Positions 56,280 through 64,000 of a stretch of DNA of 64,000 nt are shown here, one piece after another. A model generated the notes under the pieces. The model worked only from the letters and a program-made list of their open reading frames with translations, ran no database searches and had not been told where the DNA came from. Source of the DNA: an uncultured archaeon (GTDB lineage Archaea > Asgardarchaeota > Heimdallarchaeia > Heimdallarchaeales > Heimdallarchaeaceae). The position numbers were made by a program, and so were the translations under genes. Every line of letters begins with the position of its first letter. Position 1 is the stretch's first letter. The stretch covers positions 3,103-67,102 of the forward strand of contig CAZJUB010000005.1 in NCBI GenBank assembly GCA_964549075.1, given 5' to 3'.

Positions 56280-56543
56280 AATTTGTTAAATAGTTCATTT
56301 AAGTTTTCTTTTTCTTGCTAAATGAATTATACATATGTCAATTGTTCCTTTTATTCACTTAGTTATAAGGTTGATATCAAAGGAGATGTTTAAAGTCATT
56401 TTGGAGTAATAGTAATAATTCTCATAAATAAAAATCGTAAAAAATGGTAAAAAAGCATAAAAATTTTACAATCTTGATTTAAAAAAATATTGCTTATATA
56501 TCAATAATAGGAAGTAGTACATTAAGTTGGAATAATAAGTGGG

Positions 56544-57824
56544 TTGTTGTGTAGTAATGAATATAATAAACTTAAGAAATATTTTAAGAAAAAGAAAATA
56601 TTGTTCCTTATTTGTAAGAGGGATTTCAAATTAAGGAAAGAAAGATATTTTTCACTGTGTGTAATATTATCAATTATATTATCACCTATTTTATGTAATA
56701 ACAAATTACTTTTCAGAAAAAATGACTTAAATTATGCTGTTCCAGCTGGTGATATGGATGATCCTGTACCTAATCCAGCTGTAAATGTTGGAAATCTTCA
56801 AGATGGTGCATATACTTATACAGGTGCAGATATAGTGGTTTATGATTATGGTATTCATATCGATAGTTATGTTACAGTTGTTGTAATTGATGATGGTCTT
56901 CTTAAAAATGAATGGAAAGCATTAGAACAAAATCCTGAAGCTAATGTGAATATTATAGGTTTTGTTACTAATTTCACGTATGGTGGTGAAAATTGTACAG
57001 AATATATTACAAATCCCAATGATAGTTTATTAGAATATCAAGAGGAACATGGCCATGGATATGCAGTTATTTCAGCATTAGCTGCTGTTGCTAGAGATGT
57101 AAAAGTAATTTTCATAGATTTAAAAATTAAAAATGACATTTATGGATTTGAATATGGAGATTATAAGATTTGGGATTGGATTGATAATAATCAAGCTTCA
57201 AAAGATATTGATATTATTTCATGGTCATGGGTTATGAGAGAAAACTTTACTGAAAACACGTCAATCCATCAAAAATGGGCTAGTTTGCTTGACAAAAATG
57301 TAATAATGCTTACAGCAGCAGGAAATTATTATACATATCTAAATGCACGATGGGGACATGAGTATAAGTATCAATCTTATTATTCTGAATGGTATTCTGT
57401 TGGGTCGATTAATCATGAAACAAAAGGAAATTATGAATATAAGGACTATAAATCAGCTTTCTCAGCTTGGTATGAAGCCTCTACAGAAGGGAATCATATT
57501 GTTAATTGGCTTGAGCCTGGAAATGGTATACCAATATTAAATGATAGTTACTATGATACTCAAGAACAGTGTTGGAGAGGAGAGTGGATATATGGTGTAG
57601 GAACAAGTTTTAGTACTCCTTATTTGGCTGCAATAGTCGCTCTGATAATTACAGGATATCATGCAGGTCTTACTTCATCCACCGATCCTTCTCTACAGAA
57701 AGTCATAGAAATCTTACTTTACGCAAGTTCAAGGGATACATTTGATCAACAGATGAGATATGGATACGTTGATGCATATTCAGCTTATGGAAAAGCCTAT
57801 TATGAAGGAGTGTTGGCTCGATGA
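56544..57824 (+). CDS. Subtilisin-like (S8) serine peptidase with N-terminal membrane anchor
   Basis: Asp VVVIDDGL, His EHGHGYAVISAL, Asn LTAAGNY, Ser GVGTSFSTPYLAAIVALI. No in-frame ATG before the anchor helix, so the start must be TTG (56544, 56547 or 56601). Start is uncertain. Confidence 0.65.
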   Translation: MLCSNEYNKLKKYFKKKKILFLICKRDFKLRKERYFSLCVILSIILSPILCNNKLLFRKNDLNYAVPAGDMDDPVPNPAVNVGNLQDGAYTYTGADIVVYDYGIHIDSYVTVVVIDDGLLKNEWKALEQNPEANVNIIGFVTNFTYGGENCTEYITNPNDSLLEYQEEHGHGYAVISALAAVARDVKVIFIDLKIKNDIYGFEYGDYKIWDWIDNNQASKDIDIISWSWVMRENFTENTSIHQKWASLLDKNVIMLTAAGNYYTYLNARWGHEYKYQSYYSEWYSVGSINHETKGNYEYKDYKSAFSAWYEASTEGNHIVNWLEPGNGIPILNDSYYDTQEQCWRGEWIYGVGTSFSTPYLAAIVALIITGYHAGLTSSTDPSLQKVIEILLYASSRDTFDQQMRYGYVDAYSAYGKAYYEGVLAR

Positions 57825-57889
57825 ATTTATATATTTTAATTACAATATTTAATATAAAAAGTACAGAAGAAAAAACGTTAAGATTACAA

Positions 57890-57896
57890 GGAGGTG
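57890..57896 (+). promoter_or_regulatory. Shine-Dalgarno motif GGAGGTG
   Basis: GGAGGTG lies 7 nt upstream of the TTG start at 57904. It is complementary to the conserved archaeal 16S 3' end (..CACCUCC) and supports the non-ATG start. Confidence 0.5.
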
Positions 57897-57903
57897 GAAA
57901 TTC

Positions 57904-58596
57904 TTGATAAAATCATCAAATAAATTCTTAACAATAACATTAATATTTCAGATACTTCTCCTTCCCATTTCTTCAGTTAATGGATACCAGCCTGTTATAG
58001 CTAGTAGGGTATCTAAAATTAATGAGATCACACCTAATATTTCAGGTCCATACCAACCTAACAGCACTCTATTCGGAATTGAAGTAGAAGTAGAGATATT
58101 AAATAGAGATAATAAAAGTCAAACAGTAATTGAACTTACAGATCTTAATTCTTATGCGTTTATTAACGCATCATTTGTTAATCAATCATTACAACTTGAC
58201 CTATTATCCTATGGTGCTGCCATAATTAGACAGTATTCCTATAAACCTGGAATAACTACTGAATACAACTTGATGAAATTCTACATTAATCAATCAGGTT
58301 TAACTTATTTACCAGATGGAAATTATACTCTTTGGAGACCTATTTTATTCATAAATTCAAGTGGAAACATTACTGAAGGAGAATCCTTATCAACTATCAT
58401 TTCAATCAATGATGGTAATATGAATATTACTTATGGTTCTTTTAATTACCAAGTACCTATTGAAGATGATAATAATTTAGATATCAATGATCAAACAACA
58501 GAAACAATAAACTCGCCTTTTACAGAATCTTTACTTATAATCTCACTTCTTTCTTGTGTTATTGTGATTTGGAGGAAAAAAACAAAGATGAAATGA
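57904..58596 (+). CDS. Secreted, C-terminally anchored glycoprotein-like protein (paralog of 10884..11528)
   Basis: Signal peptide (FLTITLIFQILLLPISSVNG), many sequons, LPDGNYTLW motif, C-terminal TM plus RKKTKMK tail. Confidence 0.5.
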   Translation: MIKSSNKFLTITLIFQILLLPISSVNGYQPVIASRVSKINEITPNISGPYQPNSTLFGIEVEVEILNRDNKSQTVIELTDLNSYAFINASFVNQSLQLDLLSYGAAIIRQYSYKPGITTEYNLMKFYINQSGLTYLPDGNYTLWRPILFINSSGNITEGESLSTIISINDGNMNITYGSFNYQVPIEDDNNLDINDQTTETINSPFTESLLIISLLSCVIVIWRKKTKMK

Positions 58597-58857
58597 AAAA
58601 ACCTTAACAAGTTAGTTCAAGAAATCATCTTTATTCTGTCCTTTTTTCAAAAAAATTAGAATAGAGTTAAAATAATTGAAGAGGTTAATATCTATTAATA
58701 TTTATATAAAAAATCGAGTAAAAATAAATTGTTCTAAGAGAATATGAAAAAAGTGAAAAATTCTTAGTAGGAAAATGGATAAGACCAGATAGAATAAATA
58801 TATAATTGAGCTAATAAGAAAACAATCTTTAAAAAGTGTTACTTATATTAATAATTC

Positions 58858-60393
58858 ATGCAAGAAGATACAAGCGAACCTTTTGTTGATACAGCTGCAG
58901 TACCTATTCTTGAAGAGACTTATCCAGTAAGTCCTCCATTTTCGTATGTTCTTATACAAACTGATCCAACAACAAAACGAACAATGTACATGGTAGTAGA
59001 GATACCATTAGATAGTAAGGAAACTGCTATCTATAACAAAATCTTTTCTATAATGGTTGATGAATTGGATGTCGATTTCACAGTTCTTAAATCAACTGAA
59101 AAAGCTGAAGAATTTCTCAAGAAAAAGATTGTAGATATCATCAAACGTTATAGAATCTCGCTGAATGAATCTCAATTTGAGAAAATAATGTATTATCTAA
59201 CAAGAGATTTGATAGGTTACGGTAAAATCCAACCTTTTATGCTAGATCCTAACATAGAAGATATTTCTTGTGATGGAACTGGTATTCCTATTTATGTATG
59301 GCATAGGAAATATGAATCTATTTCAACTAACGTATCCCTTGATACTACTGAGGAATTGGATAGTTTTATAATCAAATTAGCTCAGAGAGCTAATCGTCAT
59401 ATAAGTATAGCAAATCCTCTTCTTGATGCATCTTTACCTGATGGAAGCAGAATACAGTTAACTTATGGAAAAGAAGTCACACAAAGAGGTTCAACTTTTA
59501 CAGTAAGAAAGTTTAAAGCTGATCCATTTACAATTACAGATCTTATTCTTTACAACACTATTGATCTTGATATTGCAGCCTATTACTGGTTTACAATGGA
59601 ACACAATGTAAGTACATTGATAGCTGGTGGTACAGCAGCTGGAAAAACCACTCTACTCAATACAATCGCTATGATGATTAAACCTGATATGAAAGTAGTT
59701 ACAATTGAAGACACTGCAGAACTTAATCTAGCGCATGAAAACTGGATACCAAGTGTGGTTCGTTCTGGTTTTGGTGAATCAACTGAAACTGGTTATCGAA
59801 GAGGACAAATCTCAATGTATGAATTGCTTAGAGCCGCTATGAGACAAAGACCTGATTACATTATAGTAGGAGAAATAAGAGGTGAAGAAGCTTACGCTAT
59901 GTTCCAAGCTATGAGTACTGGTCATAGAGGTTTAGGAACCATTCATGGTGATTCAGTTGAAGGAGTCATTCACAGACTTGAGAGTAAACCTATGAATATC
60001 CCTCGTTCCATGATGAAATCACTGGATTTAATTCATGTTATTCGTAAGGTAAGGTTACAATCTAAATTCGCTCGTAGAAGTCAATCTATAACTGAGTTAA
60101 TTGGACTAGATCCAGTGACTGAAGAGATTTTAACAAACAAGCTATTCCAATGGAATCCACGTGATGACACATTCATTTACTTTGGTAGAAGTTATGTGTT
60201 AGAAAAAATAATGGAAAATACAGGGTTACAAGATCAGGAGATATATGACGAATTAGAAAGAAGAAAAACCATACTTAGATGGATGGTTAAGAAAAGGATA
60301 CGTTACTTTGAAGATGTAGCTTCTGTGATTCAGGAATATAACTCTGATCCAGATAGATCACTTGAAAAAGCAAGAAAAGGTCTTAAAGGTTAA
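58858..60393 (+). CDS. Archaeal type IV pilus/archaellum assembly ATPase (ArlI/FlaI-PilB, VirB11-GspE superfamily)
   Basis: Walker A GGTAAGKTTLLN, DYIIVGEIRGEEA, GHRGLGTIHG. N-terminal YPV..PFSYVLI...MYMVVEIPL pattern typical of FlaI-like proteins. Confidence 0.85.
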   Translation: MQEDTSEPFVDTAAVPILEETYPVSPPFSYVLIQTDPTTKRTMYMVVEIPLDSKETAIYNKIFSIMVDELDVDFTVLKSTEKAEEFLKKKIVDIIKRYRISLNESQFEKIMYYLTRDLIGYGKIQPFMLDPNIEDISCDGTGIPIYVWHRKYESISTNVSLDTTEELDSFIIKLAQRANRHISIANPLLDASLPDGSRIQLTYGKEVTQRGSTFTVRKFKADPFTITDLILYNTIDLDIAAYYWFTMEHNVSTLIAGGTAAGKTTLLNTIAMMIKPDMKVVTIEDTAELNLAHENWIPSVVRSGFGESTETGYRRGQISMYELLRAAMRQRPDYIIVGEIRGEEAYAMFQAMSTGHRGLGTIHGDSVEGVIHRLESKPMNIPRSMMKSLDLIHVIRKVRLQSKFARRSQSITELIGLDPVTEEILTNKLFQWNPRDDTFIYFGRSYVLEKIMENTGLQDQEIYDELERRKTILRWMVKKRIRYFEDVASVIQEYNSDPDRSLEKARKGLKG

Positions 60394-60493
60394 GGATCTT
60401 TTCTAACACTCTTTTTATATAATTTTTCATTAAATAATCGTATTTATATACATAGATGTGTGTCTTTTATTTGAAAGACCGAGATGAAAAATT

Positions 60494-61126
60494 ATGGATC
60501 CCGATGATGATAAAAAAAAGAAAAAAAAGAAAGATTGGTCAGAAGATGATGATAATCCGTTTGATTTTTTTGAGGGATTGGGAGAATTTGATATGAGTAA
60601 ATTCATGGAAAATTTTGCACCGTATTTCAAAGGTTCATCATTTGGAAAGATGATAGATGAAATGATAAAGAATTTGATGAAAAATATTGAAGAAGGTGGT
60701 AAGGGTTCTAACTCACTTGAAGATATGTTCAACAATAATTTTGTCTATGGATTTAATATAGGTATGGATCCAAATGGAAAGCCAGTTTTCAGACAATTCG
60801 GAAACTTAAAACCAAAAGGATACGGAGATCTCGAAACTTCTGATGTCCGAGAGCCTTTAATTGATGTTTTTAAGGAAGACAAACAAGTAAGAGTAATAGC
60901 TGAAGTACCTGGAATAAACAAAGGAGACATTAAATTAACAGGTACAGAGAGAACTCTAACAATCAAAGCCCATTCCCAGTCAAGGAAATATGAAAAATCT
61001 GTAAGTTTACCAGTTGCTGTAGATATCAAAACAGCTAAAGCTAAGTACAAAAACGGTGTTTTAGAAGTTGTAATTGAACGCAAACATTCTGATTCATCAG
61101 AAGATTATGCTATTGATGTCGATTAA
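60494..61126 (+). CDS. Hsp20/alpha-crystallin small heat-shock protein with long charged N-terminal extension
   Basis: C-terminal ACD: PLIDVFKEDKQVRVIAEVPGINKGDIKL...KYKNGVLEVVIER. N-terminus MDPDDDKKKKKKKDWSEDDDNPFDFF. Confidence 0.8.
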   Translation: MDPDDDKKKKKKKDWSEDDDNPFDFFEGLGEFDMSKFMENFAPYFKGSSFGKMIDEMIKNLMKNIEEGGKGSNSLEDMFNNNFVYGFNIGMDPNGKPVFRQFGNLKPKGYGDLETSDVREPLIDVFKEDKQVRVIAEVPGINKGDIKLTGTERTLTIKAHSQSRKYEKSVSLPVAVDIKTAKAKYKNGVLEVVIERKHSDSSEDYAIDVD

Positions 61127-61146
61127 ACGACATCTAAATTTTTAAT

Positions 61147-61848
61147 TTAAGGTATTACTAAAGATAGAATAATGTTGTGAGGTAACACTGCAGTAACCTC
61201 ATAACCAGAATCAAGATCAGCTAGGTAACTACCATCACCCATATTTGAAACTGAGATACTTGGTATTATTGTAACTTCTGCATTATCTATCAAACTGATA
61301 ATCCCATTTTTTTCTTTGTAAATAGTAATATAATTCTGATTTCCCACAATACTATCATATTCAAGATAATAAGAGGAATTCACATATATTACTGCGTCAA
61401 AAACTAAATCTAAACTATCGATATGAATAGTAAATTCGGTTTCAAAATGTACTCTAACTGGATTAACAGAAGTACTACTATTTACAATTATAAGATTTAA
61501 TGAATCAAATGATATATTTGAAGGTAAATTATGATTATCTAAATAGTTATCAATTACGTTAATGCCAGAATCGATTATATCAAGTACATCATTTCTTGTA
61601 GCTCCTAAAGAGTATTGAGACATAGCTATATCTGATAGTTCGTCAATTGCAGCTAAACTATTATCCACATAATTTAATAATTGCTCACTATTTGGAGTAG
61701 GTTTAATATATGGACTTTGGGTTATTTGGTATACAGTTGAGGATAAGATAATCAGATAGATGAGGATAGTAATAGCTAGGAGTAAGAAAACTTGCCCTTT
61801 TCTATTCTTAATTAAGTTACTTTTCATATTCATCATCCTTTCAGCCAC
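61147..61848 (-). CDS. Class III signal peptide (prepilin-like) protein
   Basis: NRKGQVFLLLAITILIYLIILSS: K-G-Q followed by a hydrophobic helix. Last gene of a four-gene overlapping unit. Confidence 0.45.
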   Translation of the reverse strand: MAERMMNMKSNLIKNRKGQVFLLLAITILIYLIILSSTVYQITQSPYIKPTPNSEQLLNYVDNSLAAIDELSDIAMSQYSLGATRNDVLDIIDSGINVIDNYLDNHNLPSNISFDSLNLIIVNSSTSVNPVRVHFETEFTIHIDSLDLVFDAVIYVNSSYYLEYDSIVGNQNYITIYKEKNGIISLIDNAEVTIIPSISVSNMGDGSYLADLDSGYEVTAVLPHNIILSLVIP

Positions 61849-62297
61849 ACCTGTAAATGAATTGTATAAGGTGCATATTCACCATAAACCTCGGTAATCA
61901 AGTAATCAATACTCACAACTGAATCTCCTGGTGTTAGGGGATTATTTATATAACTTCCACTTACGACAAGACTCGTTTGGAGATCTTCATAATAGAGCTT
62001 AAACTCGCCATGATCAGGTAATGCTCCGTAGATAGCTTGTGTTATAATGCTTCGATAATAGATAACATCTGCTGGAATACTATTAATTATAGAGTAGATG
62101 TAATCATCTAAAAATCCGTTGACATCAAGAGCTTCGAGAGTAGAATAGACTTCTATTTGGAACTGTGAATCAGCAGAAGGTTGAGTGGCTAACTGGACTT
62201 CATATAAGGCTGTTACCATAATGATCATTACTGAAACAGCTATAAATGCTTCAATGATAAACAGTTGTCCCTTTTTTGATTTACTCAGTTTTCTCAT
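61833..62297 (-). CDS. Class III signal peptide (prepilin-like) protein
   Basis: MRKLSKSKKGQLFIIEAFIAVSVMIIMV: KKGQ, then a hydrophobic helix with an early Glu (Class_IIIsignal-like). Overlaps the next gene by 16 nt. Confidence 0.55.
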   Translation of the reverse strand: MRKLSKSKKGQLFIIEAFIAVSVMIIMVTALYEVQLATQPSADSQFQIEVYSTLEALDVNGFLDDYIYSIINSIPADVIYYRSIITQAIYGALPDHGEFKLYYEDLQTSLVVSGSYINNPLTPGDSVVSIDYLITEVYGEYAPYTIHLQVWLKG

Positions 62298-62301
62298 GTT
62301 A

Positions 62302-63471
62302 TCACCAATACCATATTTGACATTTTAGAAGAATATTTCTCATCAATAGAGTTCTAGTTTGAGAAACATAGGATGTTTGTTCAGCAAAAGATGAATGTGC
62401 GAATATTTGACCATTCTCATCATCTTGAAACATAGGGATACCCATATATCCAGCTGTGTATGTAGTATCTGATCTATCATTAACAACTACTACTGCTAGA
62501 CCATTTGCAGGAATAGGGATATTGGTCCCTTGATAGATGTCTGTTGAAGCCAAAGTTGTTTGTACTAAAGATTGGCTATAGGAAGATACACCTAAACCAG
62601 AAAATGGGAAGACGACTACAGCAGTTGCTTCATCACTTAAAGATTCTCTTTCATAGTTAATATTTATTGCAGAAGTCAGTTGATTAGTAGACTTATATAC
62701 AAATGGCCTAAAATCAAAATCAGCCATCTCATATTCTAGACCAAAGCTTTCTTTCACTAAACGAATCACTGTATAGCTTTGATATATTTCACCAACCTGT
62801 GCAAAAGCTACTATGGTATAATGGTCTGTTTCATCAGCATTGAGAACAGCTTGAAATTTAATGTCCCCAGATAAATTTTGAGTAGTTGTATAATTAGTTG
62901 CAACATTATTATTTTCATCAATGGAAACAGCCCAAACATCAGCTCCTTCAATAGGAGTCATAATTTCTTTTACAACCCCAAATAATGTGATAGTACCAAA
63001 AGCAGCAGTAAAATCTTGGATTTCAATTGTTATTGGAGAATATATACTCACAGCAAAATCTCTTACAATACCATAAGAAACCTTGATATTAAGATAATTG
63101 AGTTTCCAATAATTAGATATATCTGAAGTTAAGCGATTAATTTTTGTAAAATCGAGTTCAGAAGTACTACCCATCAAACCTAATTGAAAATCTGATAACC
63201 CTGCTGTGCTGGTTGTACCCCAGTTTGTAGGATTACCTTGTGAATAAAAAATGTTGGTAAAAAGTTTGTCTACTTCTTTTTGTTGAGAGTAATTTTCCAT
63301 CTGAACCAGTGATGGAATAAGAAGATTTGAAAGAACAATAATAACTTGACTAAAAGCAATTATAAAAATCAATAAAGCAAGAGCAAAGTCAACTCCTCTA
63401 ATTTGAGCTTTTTTGCTTTTTAAGAACGCACTTAGTTTCTTCTTCTGATTATTTTTCAATGTAAACTTCAC
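62302..63471 (-). CDS. Large class III signal peptide (prepilin-like) protein
   Basis: KSKKAQIRGVDFALALLIFIIAFSQVIIVL: K-A-Q followed by a hydrophobic helix. 389 aa, beta-rich remainder. Confidence 0.5.
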   Translation of the reverse strand: MKFTLKNNQKKKLSAFLKSKKAQIRGVDFALALLIFIIAFSQVIIVLSNLLIPSLVQMENYSQQKEVDKLFTNIFYSQGNPTNWGTTSTAGLSDFQLGLMGSTSELDFTKINRLTSDISNYWKLNYLNIKVSYGIVRDFAVSIYSPITIEIQDFTAAFGTITLFGVVKEIMTPIEGADVWAVSIDENNNVATNYTTTQNLSGDIKFQAVLNADETDHYTIVAFAQVGEIYQSYTVIRLVKESFGLEYEMADFDFRPFVYKSTNQLTSAININYERESLSDEATAVVVFPFSGLGVSSYSQSLVQTTLASTDIYQGTNIPIPANGLAVVVVNDRSDTTYTAGYMGIPMFQDDENGQIFAHSSFAEQTSYVSQTRTLLMRNILLKCQIWYW

Positions 63472-63477
63472 CTTTAA

Positions 63478-63891
63478 TTAAGCATCATCACCTAATATAC
63501 GCTCTTCAAGAAGGGATTTAATCTCTGCAAGAGTTGCTTCTAATTCAATCATTTCCATACCTTTTTCAAGTAAATTATTAGCTCGTTCTTGTAACTCCTC
63601 AGCTTTCTTTATTCTATCAGAGACTAATTGTTCAACTTGATTTTTGAGTAGTGTCATATCATCTTTGGTACTCATTGTTGTTTCAAGTTTCTCTATTTTA
63701 TCCTCAATAGGTCCTAGGTCTACAGAAACTCCACTGAGAGATCCTTCTGAATCACCAGTTCCTGTGGATTTCACTCCTTTTTCTAATGTACCCATTATAC
63801 GTACTACGTTGAAGCTAATTTGGTTTACAATCTTTTGTAATTCTTCTATTTGTTCCTTTACGCTTTTAACATCATCTTCGAGTTTTCCCAT
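63478..63891 (-). CDS. Coiled-coil protein of the pilus-like operon
   Basis: 137 aa with heptad-like E/K/L-rich segments flanking a Gly/Ser linker. GGTGA SD before the ATG. 6 nt upstream of the next gene. Confidence 0.4.
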   Translation of the reverse strand: MGKLEDDVKSVKEQIEELQKIVNQISFNVVRIMGTLEKGVKSTGTGDSEGSLSGVSVDLGPIEDKIEKLETTMSTKDDMTLLKNQVEQLVSDRIKKAEELQERANNLLEKGMEMIELEATLAEIKSLLEERILGDDA

Positions 63892-63909
63892 TTACTCACC
63901 ACTATCGTT

Positions 63910-64000
63910 CTATATGCTCAGAGAAAATATTGGGTTATCTGGTTGTATTAATATCTTGAAAGCGAACCATCCGATAAACATCAAAATTACTGAATGCATC
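63910..64000 (-). CDS. Possible 3' end of an upstream minus-strand gene (frame ambiguous)
   Basis: Two minus-strand frames are open to the window edge. One ends at 63910 with a hydrophobic tail (..SVILMFIGWFAFKILIQPDNPIFSLSI*). The other ends at 63935 (..DVYRMVRFQDINTTR*). Too short to assign. Confidence 0.2.
   Translation of the reverse strand, partial: MHSVILMFIGWFAFKILIQPDNPIFSLSI

Noticed and set aside
60430-61083. Two minus-strand ORFs (101 and 112 aa) overlapping the Hsp20 gene.
   Set aside because: They are antisense shadows. The plus-strand frame carries a clear alpha-crystallin domain, while the antisense products are low-complexity.
1-64000. Scan for rRNA, tRNA, CRISPR arrays, transposases, integrases and terminal inverted repeats.
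   Set aside because: No GC-rich cloverleaf-like segments, no regularly spaced direct repeats and no transposase- or integrase-like ORFs were seen. The only mobile elements I can support are the five inteins. A by-eye scan cannot exclude small ncRNAs.

Overview
Visibly AT-rich (exact GC not computed), densely coding archaeal chromosome segment. I count about 55 CDS and saw no rRNA, tRNA or CRISPR array. Archaeal hallmarks are ribosomal protein eS17, two archaeal-type myo-inositol-1-phosphate synthases, class III (prepilin-like) signal peptides, an ArlI/PilB-family ATPase, DUF211 and DUF354 proteins, and GGTGA/GGAGG Shine-Dalgarno motifs. An EAP30 (Vps22/36)-like ORF hints at an Asgard (Lokiarchaeia-like) source; that is inference only. 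Housekeeping content: amidohydrolase, DUF362, MFS, an ABC-2 transporter, HPS-like lyase, beta-CASP RNase, uridine phosphorylase, class II HMG-CoA reductase, KaiC-like ATPase, epimerase, polyprenyl synthase, a heterodimeric ABC exporter, IorAB, YggS, SDR, TldD/PmbA, an aminotransferase and Hsp20. The observations most worth a second look: (1) The 2755-codon class II ribonucleotide reductase ORF contains five LAGLIDADG inteins that I could delimit (2035 codons of intein, 720 of extein). One of them is followed by Lys instead of the obligatory Cys/Ser/Thr. (2) A tightly overlapping operon encodes two paralogous anchored surface proteins plus a strongly degenerate NuoJ/K/L/N-like antiporter module. 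No other complex I gene is in the window, and a long-chain-type polyprenyl synthase follows. (3) An isolated ESCRT-II EAP30-like gene. (4) Two large orphan proteins: a 1057-aa cytosolic one and a 980-aa Tyr/Gly-rich surface one. (5) A PIN-domain giant protein next to a KaiC-like ATPase. (6) A type IV pilus-like locus of unusual composition. All functional calls rest on motif recognition from memory; no database search was possible.
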